Assembly (NCBI GenBank): GCA_977017645.1
Contig: OZ360221.1
Coordinates: 183,520,001 to 183,584,000 of the forward strand
DNA length: 64,000 nt
Direction of reading: 5' to 3'
From: Torpedo marmorata
Lineage: Eukaryota
In this document: positions 1 to 13,030 of the stretch, one piece after another
How positions within the stretch are numbered: the stretch's first letter is position 1
How the letters are laid out: each line of letters begins with the position of its first letter
Notes under the pieces: model-generated
What the model was told of the DNA's origin: nothing
The model's input: the letters and a program-made list of their open reading frames with translations, nothing else
The model's database searches: none
Program-made: the position numbers and the translations under genes

Positions 1-510
1 GGTACAAGACCTAAATTGAAACTATCAAATTATCAATTGGTATTTGTTAAATTAGCTTTAGCAGTAGTGAGGAAATGTATTGCTGTGACTTGGAAATCCG
101 ATACATCCTTGGATATACAAAGGTGGCATGCTGAAATTCTAAAGTTTCCTTTAGAAAAAATTACATATAACTTGAGGAAGAAATATTCGACTTTTTTGCA
201 AATATGGCGCCCGTACACCCAAAAATGAGATTAAATCTGTAAAGATGTTTTTTACACCTCTGGAACTGCGAGGCCATCCTCTAAGTGTATGCATATGATA
301 TTTTGAGATATGTCATGGGTGGTGCTCCTCTTTGCAATCCAAAAATTTCTTTCCTTTCTTTTTCTATTTTTCTTTTTTTATATACTTATAGATATATGTG
401 ATATAAATACATGACTTTGAAAGGGGGTGGGTTGGGGGGGGAGGGAGAGAAGGGATGGGGTAATATTACATGTATTATCAAAAATTTAAATAAAATATTT
501 ATAAAAAAAA
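1..510 (+). mobile_element. L1-clade LINE, 3' end (ORF2 C-terminus, G-rich 3' UTR, polyA)
   Basis: ORF 16-228 ends KCIAVTWKSD...PLEKITYNLR, as in the other L1 copies in the window; AATAAA plus A tail at about 489-510. Confidence 0.85.
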
Positions 511-700
511 AGAATAGTATGCACAAAGTCAACACTAAAGGAGTCTATGCATCCATCAAATCTGAAACCCTCTCATAGTCATAAATACGTATGCATCTTA
601 GTGGCAGTGCCTCAGGATAAAGGGTGACTCCCTTCCACCTTGTTTTTGTGGCTCTGAGGTGGTGAATAAAGCATAAACTCTTCCACAGATGTAGCAAAAA

Positions 701-1520
701 AAATGGTGGCACTGCCAGAGCTGCTGTAATGGAAAAGCTGTCACTGATGTGGACCCTGGAGAGAGGGGAGCAGAAACACAGCACTGCTCTGCAGGGTCCA
801 ACTGCCCAGTTATGATGATGACAGCTCCGTACAGGCTTTAAACAGTATACTTTATTAAATCCTGTACCACAGTGGTCTGTAGCAAAGATGGCGCCACCTG
901 TGCTGGGCAGTGTACCACGAGGGGTTGCAGACTTCGGGGAGCAGCAGTCTGGCGCAGGGCACCAGAAATGGGGAGAACACCCGCCGTTGAGAAGGAGAAG
1001 CTTGAGAGATTATCCTAAAGGAAGCGACCATGGCAGCGGGCCAGCAAGGGGCTCAGCGGCTGAAGATCCCACAAAGGCTGCGAGTGGTTGGTGACTTGCG
1101 GTTGAAGGACTTACTCAGGCTGTGGTCTGTGGGGTGCTGGACACTGGCTCATGGTAGCCAGGTATCAATATCGGAACTGGGATTCAAGAGGATGCTGAAG
1201 GCAAGAAGGGCCCCCCGAAGGGACTCGGGCACTGAAGGCTTCCTAATCGTATCGGAAGTTTGGAACTGGAGCTCAGGCTGCCAATGGATTAAACAGGAAT
1301 CTGTGCAGCTGCAGAGGCTTCCTGAACACTGCAGGCAAATCCACGGACAAATCAGTGTCTCTGAAGGGACTCTCTTTTGCTTCTCTTTCTCTTATTGTTA
1401 GGGGCACCGGACAATGCTCATGTTGACTCTTTGCCTTACAGCAGACAAAAGTTAAAGTATATCATGTATATGACATTTTTTGTATTGTTACGTGATGATA
1501 AAATAAACCTTGAACCTTGA
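701..1520 (+). mobile_element. GC-rich non-autonomous retroposon (unnamed ~850 bp family), older copy
   Basis: Colinear with 27280-28130; starts aaatggtggcactgcc and ends ataaaataaaccttgaaccttga. Confidence 0.75.
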
Positions 1521-2062
1521 AGTGGTGGCTAAGGGGCAAGTGAATTTCCCAGTGCAGTAAGATGCTTGCTAAAGGTAGACCACATCTCAAAACAAATAGG
1601 AGGACAAGGGTCACTGCTGTGCAATAGACTATGAACTTTGTGCAAGGTCTGAGGTCTTGATCTTCAAATGCCCTTTACCTCGTTTTGCTGGTATATTGAA
1701 AGCAGTGGTGAAAGAAAATGGGAAGTGGTCTTTCCAGGATCATACTGTGAAAATGTATTGTCAGAGGATCGTGTGATGCAGTGGAAGCAGGTTGGTAAAG
1801 GATCTATATCTTTCAATCAGTGTGATCCCAATCTCTACAGTGAAAGTATTAATGATCATCCGGAGTTTGGCCTATAAGTTTGCTAAATTGCAAGTGTCAA
1901 CTAGACACTAAGGTTTCAGAAATTCTAGATGCTAAAGTGCAGTTGCTCTTGGTTGAACACCTTTACATTGATTCTGGAGATTAACTACATTCCTGTGTAA
2001 GTTTGTTGAAGATTCGAAGCAACATTGTGGCAAGAAAATTTGCGAAAAGTATCACCGTAAGG

Positions 2063-2296
2063 CAGCCATTCTCAATGGGGCCCTATGGCCTCCTGGGAGC
2101 CAAGACACATTTAAGTAAAAGCCTTGTTTTCTTTTCACCTCACGTATCATAAATATTTTTTAATGTTTTACATGTGGTTGGTAGGAGGGAAGTACGGAAG
2201 AAACCAAAACTGGACTGATTCACAGCGAAGGGGGCACATAAATTTTGAGCAGAGTCCAAGAGGGAGTCATAGCCGATAAAAGGTTGAGATTGGCTG
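2063..2296. mobile_element. Old hAT-like MITE
   Basis: Termini cagccattctcaa...ttgagattggctg form TIRs; degenerate 8 bp flanks ccgtaagg/gtgtatgg. Confidence 0.5.
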
Positions 2297-2489
2297 GTGT
2301 ATGGAGATAGCCATCACTGAATACACACATATATGATGAGAATAAATCACATGATGAATTTCCCTGCTGCAATCATTTATAGCAATGCTGACTTTTCTTT
2401 TGCAGACTAAAGTTGTGAGGATTTACTTTTCGGCTCTTAAAACTAATGGGGATCTTGCTTGATACAAAGGCTAACTTCAAAGGAAGAAG

Positions 2490-2925
2490 TTAAACAAGAA
2501 AATCTGCAGATGCTGGGGTCAAGTTCAATACAAAAAAGTGCTGGAGAAATTCAGCAGGTCATACAGCATCCATAGGATGTAAAAGGCAATCAACATTTCT
2601 GGCCTGAATAAAAAGGTGAGGGAGGGGGACAGAGAAGGAGGTTGGATGGGGAAGGGGGAGGAACATGGGCTAACTGGTGAGAGATAAAGGTAGGAGTATA
2701 GAAGCTGAAAGAGGATGGAGGAGAGGAGAGGATCTAAGAAGAGTGGCTGTGTGATGGGAGAAGGAAGGGAAGTCATGGGGAGCTGAAGGAAAGGAGACAG
2801 AGGGGTTAGGAAAGAGAGACCGAGGTAGGGGGTTAACAGAAAATGGAGAAGTTGATGTTAATGTCATCTGGTTGGAGGCTGACAAGACGGAATATAGTGT
2901 GGTTCCTCCAATTTGCAGGAGGCAA
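2490..2925 (-). mobile_element. Penelope-like element, 3' remnant
   Basis: Reverse-complement similarity to 5930-6345 (end of GIY-YIG, LQPDDINI; tgctggagaaattcagcaggtc). Confidence 0.75.
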
Positions 2926-3836
2926 ATTTTGCAAGGAAGAATGTGTGAGCACTCCATTACAGTTTACAGTGTATGGCAACCATATGCGCTTGGAGTCACT
3001 GTTAGTACCAGGATCAAGATGTGTCTCTGTATGACATTGGTTCAACTATTATTCATATCATTCCTCAGCTGACAGCAAGTCTGCTACCTGTTTTTAATAA
3101 TAACCATCACACGCACCAAAGCCAAACTAGTTGACTTTCCTCAAGATGTTGGTCTTTCTTCTGGCCATAAAAGTTTATGGACTTTGTCTTTCAGTGCAAA
3201 GTGAAAGACTTGTACCAACTTGTATACCAACTACACCCAATCCTGGTTCCCAGTCTGAAGCTGTCTGTACCTTGCAGGAAAAGGCCAATTCATGGGCATT
3301 CAATGTCCCCACCTGATTTTTGGCTGACAGAAGTGAACCGGCCCCGGGCGCCGACACGACGGTACTCCCGAACCTACGGCCACCAACCCCAGCCCGGACC
3401 CTGAGCCTCTACTCACCAGAGTTCCCGATGCCTCCACCGCCGACTCCCGACACAGACTGTTACCTGCTGGAGCATCACACGCTGACTGCCACTGGAGTCC
3501 TCATCTCGCAACAAGATCCCACTTACCTATCCCCCTCACTACTCCTTCCCTCTCCTCCTGCACCTCTCCCTACTCCACCCCCATCTCCCCCTCTTTGCCC
3601 CACTCTCCTCCCCAACCCTCAGACCTCATCCCTTCCCTTTCCTCCATTCCCCCCCTCTCTCTGGCTACCCTCCCTAACCCCCTCTCCCACCCTCCTACCT
3701 CCCCTACCCCCCACCTCCCCCCTCCGACCCCCCCTCCCCCTCCCTCCAACCTCCCCCACCTTCCCCCTCTGACCTCCCCAACCCTCCCCCTCCCCCCAAC
3801 ACCCTCCACAACACCGATCCCCACTCTAACCTCTGC

Positions 3837-5490
3837 TTGGTTTTTACTATCCCCTCCGACCTTCCCCTCTCTGAGATGGAGCGCTCCGTCCTCAGTAGAG
3901 GCCTCACCTTCGTCCCCCTCCGCCAACACCTCAACGAGTTCCGCGCACGCCATGATGCCGAACTCTTCTTCCGTCGCCTCCGCCTCCGTGCTCACTTCCA
4001 TGACCGTGATTCTCTACCCCCCACCCAAGACCCTTTCTCCCGCTTCAAGCCTTCTTCCTCTTCCTGGACACCTCGCCCTGGCCAGCTGCCCGCTCTGGAC
4101 CTTTTTATTTCCAACTGCCGCTGAGACATCAACCGTCTCAACTTCACCACCCCCCTCTCGCATTCCAACCTCACCTCCTCAGAACGCTCTGCCCTCCACT
4201 CTCTCCGCAACAATCCCAACCTCACCATCAAACCCGCAGACAAGGGTGGTGTGGTTGTGGTCTGGCGCACTGACCTCTACCTTGCCGAGGCCAGTCGACA
4301 ACTCTCAGACACCTCCTCCTACCGACCCCTCCCACAGAACCCACCACAGCACATCAAGCCACTGTCTCCAACACCATCTCCGACCTCATCACCTACGGTC
4401 ACCTCCCCTCCATGGCCACCAACCTCATTCTCCTCCACCCCCGCACTGCCCGTTTCTACCTTCTACCCAAGATACACAAACCCAACCATCCGGGCAGACC
4501 CATTGTTTCTGCCTGCTCCTGCCCCACCGAACTAGTTTCATCTTACCTTGACTCCATCTTTTCTCCCCGGTCCAATCCCTCCCCACCTACATCCGCGACA
4601 CCTCACATGCCCTCCATCTCCTCAATGACTTCAGATTCCCTGAACCGGACCGCATCATCTTCACCATGGATGTCCAATCCCTTTATACCTCTATCCCCCA
4701 CACAGAAGGTCTGAAAGCACTTCGCTTCTTCCTGGACCAAAGACCCGACCAGTCACCCTCTACCACCACCCTCCTCCGCCTGGCAGAACTTGTCCTCACT
4801 CTCAATAACTTCTCCTTCAACTCATCCCACTTCCTCCAAATCAAAGGAGTAGCCATGGGTACCCGCATGGGTCCCAGCTACGCCTGCCTGTTTGTGGGCT
4901 TTGTGGAGCAATCCATGCTGCAAGCCTACACAGGCAAGACCCCTCATCTCTTCTTTCAGTATATCGACGACTACATCGGGGCTGCCTCATGCACCCGCGA
5001 TGAGCTTGTCAACTTCATCCACTTTGCATCCAACTTTCACCACGATCTCAAACTCACCTGGTCCATCTCCGATAACACTCTCCCCTTCCTGGATCTCTCT
5101 GTCTCCATCTCGGGAGACAAGCTTTCCACCGACATTTACCACAAACCCTCCAACTCCCACAACTATCTGGACTACACACCCTCACACCCTGTCCCCTGCA
5201 AGGACTCCATCCCCTTCTCTCAATTTCTCCGCCTCCGCCGCATCTTTTCCCAAGATGAGGTGTTCCACTCCAGATCTTCTGAAGTGTCTGCCTTTTTCCA
5301 CAAACGTGGCTTCCCCTCCACCACCATCAACTCAGCCCTCACCCGCATCTCCTCCATTTCCCGCTCATCTGCCCTGGCTCCCTCTGCCCCCAGACGCAAC
5401 AAACATAGAATCCCCCTCATCCTCACCTACCACCCCACCAGCCTCCGCATCCAACACATTATCCGCCGGAATTTCCGGCACTTACTATAG
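3837..5490 (+). pseudogene. Penelope reverse transcriptase (frameshifts/stops)
   Basis: MDVQSLYTSIPH, GVAMGTRMGPSYA, YIDD and PFLD motifs spread over ORFs 3837-4124, 4412-4714 and 4666-5490. Confidence 0.92.
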
Positions 5491-5568
5491 GATCCCACTA
5501 CCAGACACATTTTTCCTTCTCCTCCCCTCTCGGCCTTCCGTAGGGACCGCTCCCTCCGCGATTCACTC

Positions 5569-6015
5569 GTGCACTCATCCCTCCCCACCCATCGCACCCC
5601 CGGAACCTTCCCCTGTGCCCGCAGGAGGTGCAACACCTGCGCCCACACCTCCCCATTCACCACAGTCCAGGGCCCCAAACAGGCCTTCCAAGTGAAACTA
5701 CACTTCACTTGTACATCCAGAGAACTTATTTACTGCATCCGGTGCTCTCTTTGTGGCTTTCTATACATTGGAGAGACCGGTCGTAGATTGGGAGACCGCT
5801 TTGCTGAGCACCTCCTCTCTGTCCGCAACAATAGCGACCTCCCAGTAGCCAACTTTTTCAATTCCGGGTCACACTCCCACACTCACATGTCTGTCCATGG
5901 CCTCATGTACTATCCCACCCAGACTACCCGCAAATTGGAGGAACAACATCTCATATTCCGTCTCGGCACTCTCCAGCCAGATGGCATTAACATTGACTTT
6001 TCTGCTTTCCACTAA
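5569..6015 (+). pseudogene. GIY-YIG endonuclease domain of the Penelope ORF
   Basis: CxxxxCxxC knuckle, LIYCIRC..CGFLYIGETGRRLGDRFAEH, terminal LQPDGIN. Confidence 0.92.
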
Positions 6016-6200
6016 ACCTGCTTGTCGTTCCCTTCCCCTCCCCCCTCACCTGTCCTTCCTGTTTTTCTCCAGCTACCTAGCCATCCCTCCTCCCCCTCTT
6101 TGCTGCTGTCCCCTCCCTCCTTTCTCCACCTATCATCTCCTGCCTTTGCCATCCCCCTTCCCCCCTCACTCCTTTGTTCGGACGCCTGCCGGCATTTTCT

Positions 6201-6241
6201 CATACTTTGATGAAGGGCTCAAGCCCGAAACGTCGGTTATG
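6201..6241 (+). ncRNA. Minimal type I hammerhead ribozyme motif in the Penelope terminal repeat
   Basis: catact-TTGATGA-a-GGGC tcaa GCCC-GAAAC-GTC-ggttatg: core boxes, stem II hairpin and stem I pairing; U instead of C at core position 3. Confidence 0.72.
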
Positions 6242-7135
6242 TATTTCTAACTTTGCTACATAAAATACACTGTTTGATCTGCTAAGTTTCTCCAGCTTTT
6301 GTGTTTTTTACTTCAACCACGGTGTCTACAGATTTTCGTGTTTTACTTCAGCCTTCCACTAGTCTGGATACAGTCACAGTTATAACATCAAATCAGAATT
6401 AGAGACTCGTTAAACAAACATGTTTGGATCTGAGCAAGAAGTGAGAAGTGTATTTTCTTCTGCCGATATTTTTCTTTTAAATTTTGGCAATGTAAGTACT
6501 AAGCTGGGTTTAAGTGGAACATTGACCATCTCAGAGAGCTTCCAGTGAATACATAGTGCAAGAAAACTTTTGAGTGCATCTTTGAATCAGTTATTAGCAA
6601 CATTAGTCACTGAGTGAAAAATTTAACTGCTGAGTGCATTATTTTGAAAGGCACACAGGAGGCAACACGGACCAGAATCATACACACTGTTGATCTCTGA
6701 GGAGACATTCTGAATCCTGTCATATCTTATGGCTCTTTTCCCATCCTTTTTCAATTCCTTGGATAATGCTTTATTCAATTTTACCTACACTTTATTGCAC
6801 CATCTGAAAGGTAATAATACAATATTCTATAGTTTTCGAAAGGAGAAGCAGTCTAGACTGAGATTCTAGTCTGCAAGATTGCATCATCGCTGCTTTGGAG
6901 AACGTTTTCCAGTATACACATTCATCTGGCTATGAATGTGCTTGCCTGCAAACTCTTCCTCCATCAGATCTTGGGATATAGCTGTGTTCTCCTTCCTTGA
7001 GGTTCTGTGCACATGTTCAATGCTTATCTTCACTGTCCTTAGCCTCAGTGCCATGGAAGGGCAGACTCATCGAGGTTTCCATGTCAGAGCACTCTGACGT
7101 CTTGCAGGTACTATATTTTTGTGGCAAAAGTGATC

Positions 7136-8210
7136 AGATAAATAATTTAATTTATATAAATTAACTAATTTTGTATCAGTCTTTATTCCCAAATATTTAA
7201 TTCCTTCCTTTGACCATTTAAATTGTGTAATTTCTTTACATTTACTATAATCCCCTTGTGTCAATGCCATAATTTCACTTTTATCAGAATTAATCTTATA
7301 ACCAGATATCTCCGGGTATTCTTTCAATAAAACATTGAATTGTATTAAAGAAGTAATGGGTTTTGTCATATATATCAAAACATCATCTGCAAATAAACTA
7401 ATTTTATGCTCTTCTCTTCCAACTTTTATACCTACAATCTTAATATATTGTCTAATTAATTCTGCCAAAGGTTCTATTGCTAAAATAAACAATGCTGGCG
7501 ACAAAGGACATCCTTGTCTCGTTGACCTAGTCAACAAAAATTTTGAAGAAATTTGTCCATTTGTCACCACTCTGGCGTAAGGTACTTTATATATAGTTTT
7601 AATCCAATTAATAAATGTAGTTCCAAAACCAAATTTTTCCAATACTTTAAATAAATAATTCCACTCTAATCTATCAAAAGCCTTTTCAGCATCTAATGTT
7701 AATACTAATGCTAATTCCTCTTTCTTTTGTGCCACATTTATGACATTATTAGAGGTGAGTGATCAGAAATTATTCTTGCTTTATATTGTGCTTGAGTCAC
7801 CCTCTCTTCTAATTGTGATGACAATAAAAACATATCTATTCTAGAATAAGAATCATGTCTAAAAGAATAAAAGGAATAATCTTTTTCTCTTGGATTCAAC
7901 TTCCTCCAAATATCTATTAAATTCAAATCTTTCATCAAAGAAAGAATTCTTTTCGCAGTTTTAATTCTAATAGTTGATTTCGATGTTTTATCTATTATTG
8001 GATTGAAATAACAATTAAAATCCCCACCGATTAAAATATTATCATTTGCTTCTGATAAATGCATAAAAGAATCTTGAATAAATTGTTCATCTTCCGTATT
8101 TGGCACATATATATTCATAAGTGTCCACATTTCTGAATATATCTGACAATTTATTAAAACATATCTTCCTGACACATCTGAAACCACAGACTGTATTTTA
8201 AAATTTATAG
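7136..8210 (-). mobile_element. L1-clade ORF2 fragment (APE endonuclease joined to RT by an internal deletion)
   Basis: GGDFN, YSRIDMFL, SDH (7738-8187); LDAEKAFD, TRQGCPLSP, FADD (7067-7735). Confidence 0.9.
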
Positions 8211-8919
8211 TGACCCATTTCCAGTGCTATATATTAATCCAGACTTCAAAATTTCAATTTTTAACCTCAAAACATAATTTCAGTTTACTGACGACTGTCA
8301 CATTTGCTGAACAAAACACCACTGCAACTGGTATTGCAGAAACAAGAAAATGAATCTCAGGCAAATTCTAATTTATCACATCTATCCAAAGACAAGAGCT
8401 GGGAGCAGAACCTAAATCTTTCTTTCCTGCATTATTCTCCAGCAAAACATAGTGGACTTTTGCCTCTTTCTTCCTACTACAATTGAATTAAATTGTTTGA
8501 TGTCACAAACCCAGATACAGTGAAAACCTTCATTTTGCATGGTATCTTGGCAAGTGAGCCTCTATATAGTACAGCAGATAGTGCAAGAATATAGTGTCAC
8601 AATAAAACAAAAGGGCAAGGTATCATGTTAATGAAAAATTTACTAATGACAGGCTAATTCAAGAGTCATAAAAGAGAGAAAAAAACTGTCCTTGAACCTG
8701 GAGGTGCATTGAGTTTATATTGTCGCTTCATGGCCTTACTTCACATAAAACATAGAATAGTGCAACACAGGAACAGTTCACTTCCTTCTTCGACGGAACT
8801 TCCAGGCACAGCTAGTCAGCACACACTATCAGATATTCAAATCTGATTATCACTACGTAAATAGATTGCATGAAACACATCAGCACAAATTGCTTATGCT
8901 TCAAGAAACATTTGATGTG

Positions 8920-9730
8920 AATAAGATCTTAATGTAATAATTGATGAAAAAGATGGTTGGATTTATGTCAAGATAGCATGACCAACACTATTAATGTAAG
9001 ATATAGATTAGTACACAGTATAAATTTTTGCACCAATTATATCTTACACCACAAATTGAATAAAATAAAATCTACATTATCAAAGAAGTGTTTTAGATGT
9101 GGTGAGGTAAAATTCTTTTGGATGGAGTTAGGGAATTTGTTAAAACAAATTACAGGTATTACATTTCCACAAAACCCTGATTTATTTTTATTTGGGAATG
9201 TGGAAGGAACTAGACAATTGAAATTTGTAAAAATCGCTTTAGCGGTAGCAAGGAAGTGTATAGCAGTAACTTGGAAATCAGATACAAATTTAGGTATAGA
9301 TAGATGGAATATAGAGATGCGGAGTTGTATTCCATTGGAAAAAATAACATATAATATGAGAAATAAATATGGGGTATTTTTGCAAATTTGGCACTAATAT
9401 ATCCAATCATTAGCTGTGAACCCACCGGTGATCTGTACAGATGTTTTAATAAGTAATATTATATTACTTTCTTTTATACTTTTCTTTTTTAGTTTTTAAG
9501 GAAGGGGTGGGAATTTAAAGGGAGGGAAAGGGTGGGGGGGGTGGGATAGAAATATTAAATATTTTGAAGTGTTTGGAAAGTTATAAGGGCTTGGGGGGGG
9601 TTAAGGGAGGGGATAGATACACTATGTAATACAAATATAATTATGACTTTACAAAAATTAATAATGTATATTATTTACGTATGTATTACTGTGTGAAAAT
9701 TTAAAATTTAAAATAAAAGATTCCAAAAAT
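8920..9730 (+). mobile_element. L1-clade LINE, 3' fragment
   Basis: CFRC zinc-knuckle region, KCIAVTWKSD, G-rich UTR, AATAAA. Confidence 0.85.
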
Positions 9731-10261
9731 AAACATTTGATGCATAAATGACGTCAGGTAAGACTGTATATCCTAACCCCCAAACAAGTAAAACACACTG
9801 ATGGCTGTCACTCAAGAAAGGGGGCTTAACCATCAAAGGTGACAACACCCTCATACCTGATCCTCATTCTTTCTTCCCACTTCCCCTCCTTACACACACT
9901 GCCCATGATTTAAGCACTGTTACACCGCAGCCTTGCTCTCATCCCAGCCTGACCAGGATCGGTCACTAAATTGTGAAGGTGAAGACACATCATCACTCCT
10001 ATTCCACACAAAAGGCCATAAAATTAGATAATATTATTGACAGAATGTCGAGTATATCACAGAGGTGTTAACTACACAGATTGAGACAACAAGCAACAGT
10101 GAGTGAGCAATGCTCTAGCTGGAGACAACATCTTGGCTTTTCAAGGTCAGTAAATGTGTCCAAAATAAAATGGGCACAAATAATTCCATGTCTTTGGACT
10201 TAAACAACCAAAACTATGAAGGATAATTCTTCAAAGCACAGTTCACGTTAACTTCTTATGC

Positions 10262-12386
10262 ATCTCATCGGAAGACCACAGTCAGTACGAATTGGAAACA
10301 ACATCTCCTCCTCACTGATTATCAACACAGGCGCACCCCAAGGATGCGTGCTTAGCCCACTGCTCTTCTCGTTATACACCCATGACTGTGTGGCCAGGCA
10401 CAATTCCAATGCCATCTACAAGTTTGCCGATGACACCACAGTTGTCGGCAGAATCACAAACAGCAATGAGGAAGTGTACAGGAGGGAGATAGATCAGCTC
10501 GTTGAATGGTGTAACGACAACAACCTTGCGCTCAACGTCAGCAAAACCAAGGAGATGATTGTGGACATCAGGAGGAAGTCAGGGGAACACAACCCAGTCC
10601 TCATTAAGGGCTCAGTAGTGGAGAGGGTCAAGAACTTCAAATTCCTGGGTGTCAACATCTCCGAGGATCTGTCGTGGAGCCTCCACGTTGATGCAATCAC
10701 AAAGATGGCTCGCCAGCGGCTATACTTTGTGAGGTGTCTGAGGAGATTCGGTATGTCACTGAAGACTCTTGTAAACTTCTACAGGTGTACCGTGGAGAGC
10801 ACTTTGGCTGGTTGCATTACTACCTGGTATGGAGGCGCCAACTCTCAGGACAAGAATAAACTCCAGAGGGTTGTTAACTCGGCCTGTGACATCACAGGCA
10901 CCAGACTTCATTCTATCGAGGACCTACACGAGGCGGTGTCTTAAAAAAGCAGCCTCTATCCTCAAAAACCCCCACCACCAAGGCCATGCCCTCTTCGCTC
11001 TGCTACCATCGGGAAAAAGGCACAGGAGCGTAAAGTCGAGCACTCAACGGCACAAGGACAGCTTCTTCCCCGCTGCCATCAGATTCCTGAATAATCAATG
11101 AACCAAAGACACTGCCTTACTTTTCTTTCACTATTATTTATACTTTTTTTATAGTAATGTCGTAAGATGGTTATAATATGAATGTTTGCACTATGATGCT
11201 GCCGCAAAACACCGAATTTCATGACTTTTTCTTTGAATATTTTATTTTGAAACTTTTATCCATATATGCATAATTGTACAATTCATAACAAGATGTCAAT
11301 TTATTATTATTACACTGCTTATACACGATGGGTAAACCCCAGCCCCCTTCCCCCTCCCCCCAAACCAAAGCCCCAGAAAAGAGAAAGAAAAGAAGGAAAT
11401 AAAAGTATGAAGAAAGATAAAGTGACCTGGATGGTAAAAAGTTGCCACCAACATCACGGTTTTTAATTAGTTATTTTTGTTTTCTCAGGGGGAAATTAAT
11501 GAGGCACTTGATAAGGGAAAAGAAAAAAAAACTATGTTTATTCCTGCAGTTTGTAAATATGGGCACCATATTTTCAAAAATACATCATATTTATTTCTTA
11601 AATTGTAAGTAATCTTCTTAAGTGGGATACAACTATGCATTTCTGTATTCCACCGCTCCATACCCAAATGGGAGTCTGATTTCCAAGTTACTGCTATACA
11701 TTTTTTTGCTACTGCTAATGCAATTTTTAAGAATTCTTTTTGATACATATTTAATTTCAATTTGGGTCTTGTCCCTTCAATATTACCTAATAAAAACAAC
11801 ATTGGATCTTGTGGAAATTTAGTTCTCATAATCTGCTCTAAAAAGGTTTTTAAATCTATCCAAAAAGATCTTACTTTAGGGCAAGACCAAGTTAAATGTA
11901 AAAAAGTTCCTATTTCCTGATTACATCTAAAACATTGATCTGATAAGTCTGATTTTAACCTTTTCAGTTTCTGTGGTGTAATATATATTTGATGTAAGAA
12001 GTTATATTGAACCAGTCTGTACCTAACATTTATTGTATTTGTCACACTATCTCGACATAACTCTGACCAGTTTCGTTCATCAATATTTATATTCAAATCC
12101 ATCTCCCTTCTTTGTCTAGATCTATGAATCCCTTTTTTTAAAAGTTCCTTTTTGTAATAAATTATACATAACTGAAGTAACATTTTTTATATGTCTATTT
12201 CAAATCAAAATTTCAATGTCACTAGGTTTCGGTAATAGTATTGTTGGGCCTAATTTTTCTCTTAAATATGCTTTTAACTGATAGTAACAAAAAAAGTGTA
12301 TTATTTTGTATTCCATATTTATTTCTTAATTGTTCAAATGACATTGATCATGACTTGTTCATGACAATAAATTCTGATTCCGATCA
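10262..12386 (+). mobile_element. Rex1/Babar LINE, 5'-truncated, with its 3' tail split by an L1 insertion
   Basis: GAPQGCVLSPLLF, KFADD, LNVSKTKE, FKFLGV; tail resumes at 12348 as catgacaataaattctgatt. Confidence 0.9.
11228..12347 (-). mobile_element. L1-clade LINE, 3' fragment inserted in the Rex1 tail
   Basis: ORF 11485-12183 (CFRC...HLTWSCP); TSD tcatgactt at 11219-11227 and 12348-12356. Confidence 0.88.
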
Positions 12387-12645
12387 TAGGAGCAGGGCAA
12401 AGTGATGCCTGATTGATTGGTTCTGACAGCCTTCAAGGCTGCCTTTCAGCTCCTCTGATCGGATGATACTGTCAACTTCAATTGCAGTGAACAAACTGAA
12501 TTTTGCTGTAAAGCACTGACAGGCTGACATGTGGGTTTATGTCTTCACCATCAGCTTAAGAACTTAATGGCTGTTCTGTATTAAATTTATCCAACCTTGT
12601 CCCGTAATGTGGCTCCATAGCTCAGTGGCTATCGCTGGGGCCTCA

Positions 12646-12776
12646 TTTCTGTGAGGGGCGCTGGACAAAGTAGCGAATCTCTGTCTTCCTTACGGTAGAC
12701 AAAGTTAAAGAATTTCATGTATGTTACATTCTAAATGTAGTATTACGTGACAATATAATGGAACCTTTAACCTTTA
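12646..12776 (+). mobile_element. SINE3 body/tail without the 5S head
   Basis: Near-identical to 41698-41834. Confidence 0.85.
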
Positions 12777-13030
12777 ATAGAATAGACTGACTCCTGCTGA
12801 AGCTTAACTTCTTTGTTCTGACTGATCGATTTTTTTCACATATTGACTGAAGCTTCAATCTCTGATTCCACATCGTTAAAAACCTCTAACAGATACAACT
12901 CTTCAAGAGATTTGAAGTAGAATTGTCATAACAGAAATCTCACAAAATATTCATCTGCAATTTAAACTGCTAACACACGATAAAGGGAATGTTAATGCTG
13001 ACTTAGTCTGAGCAATAATAAAAATACCAG

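Larger units (their letters stand above)
3330..6348 (+). mobile_element. Penelope-like retroelement (Neptune-type), disrupted
   Basis: Fragments LSRGLTFVP, KPADKGG and FYLLPKIHKP..PGRPIVS, then RT and GIY-YIG in order, followed by the terminal repeat. Confidence 0.93.

Noticed and set aside
3595-4551. 318 aa Pro/Ser-rich ORF as an extensin- or mucin-like gene
   Set aside because: Off-frame reading of the C-rich Penelope sequence
3322-6354. Terminal inverted repeat or TSD around the large Penelope element (ggctgacagaagtgaa versus ttacttcagcc)
   Set aside because: Too short and gapped to distinguish from chance
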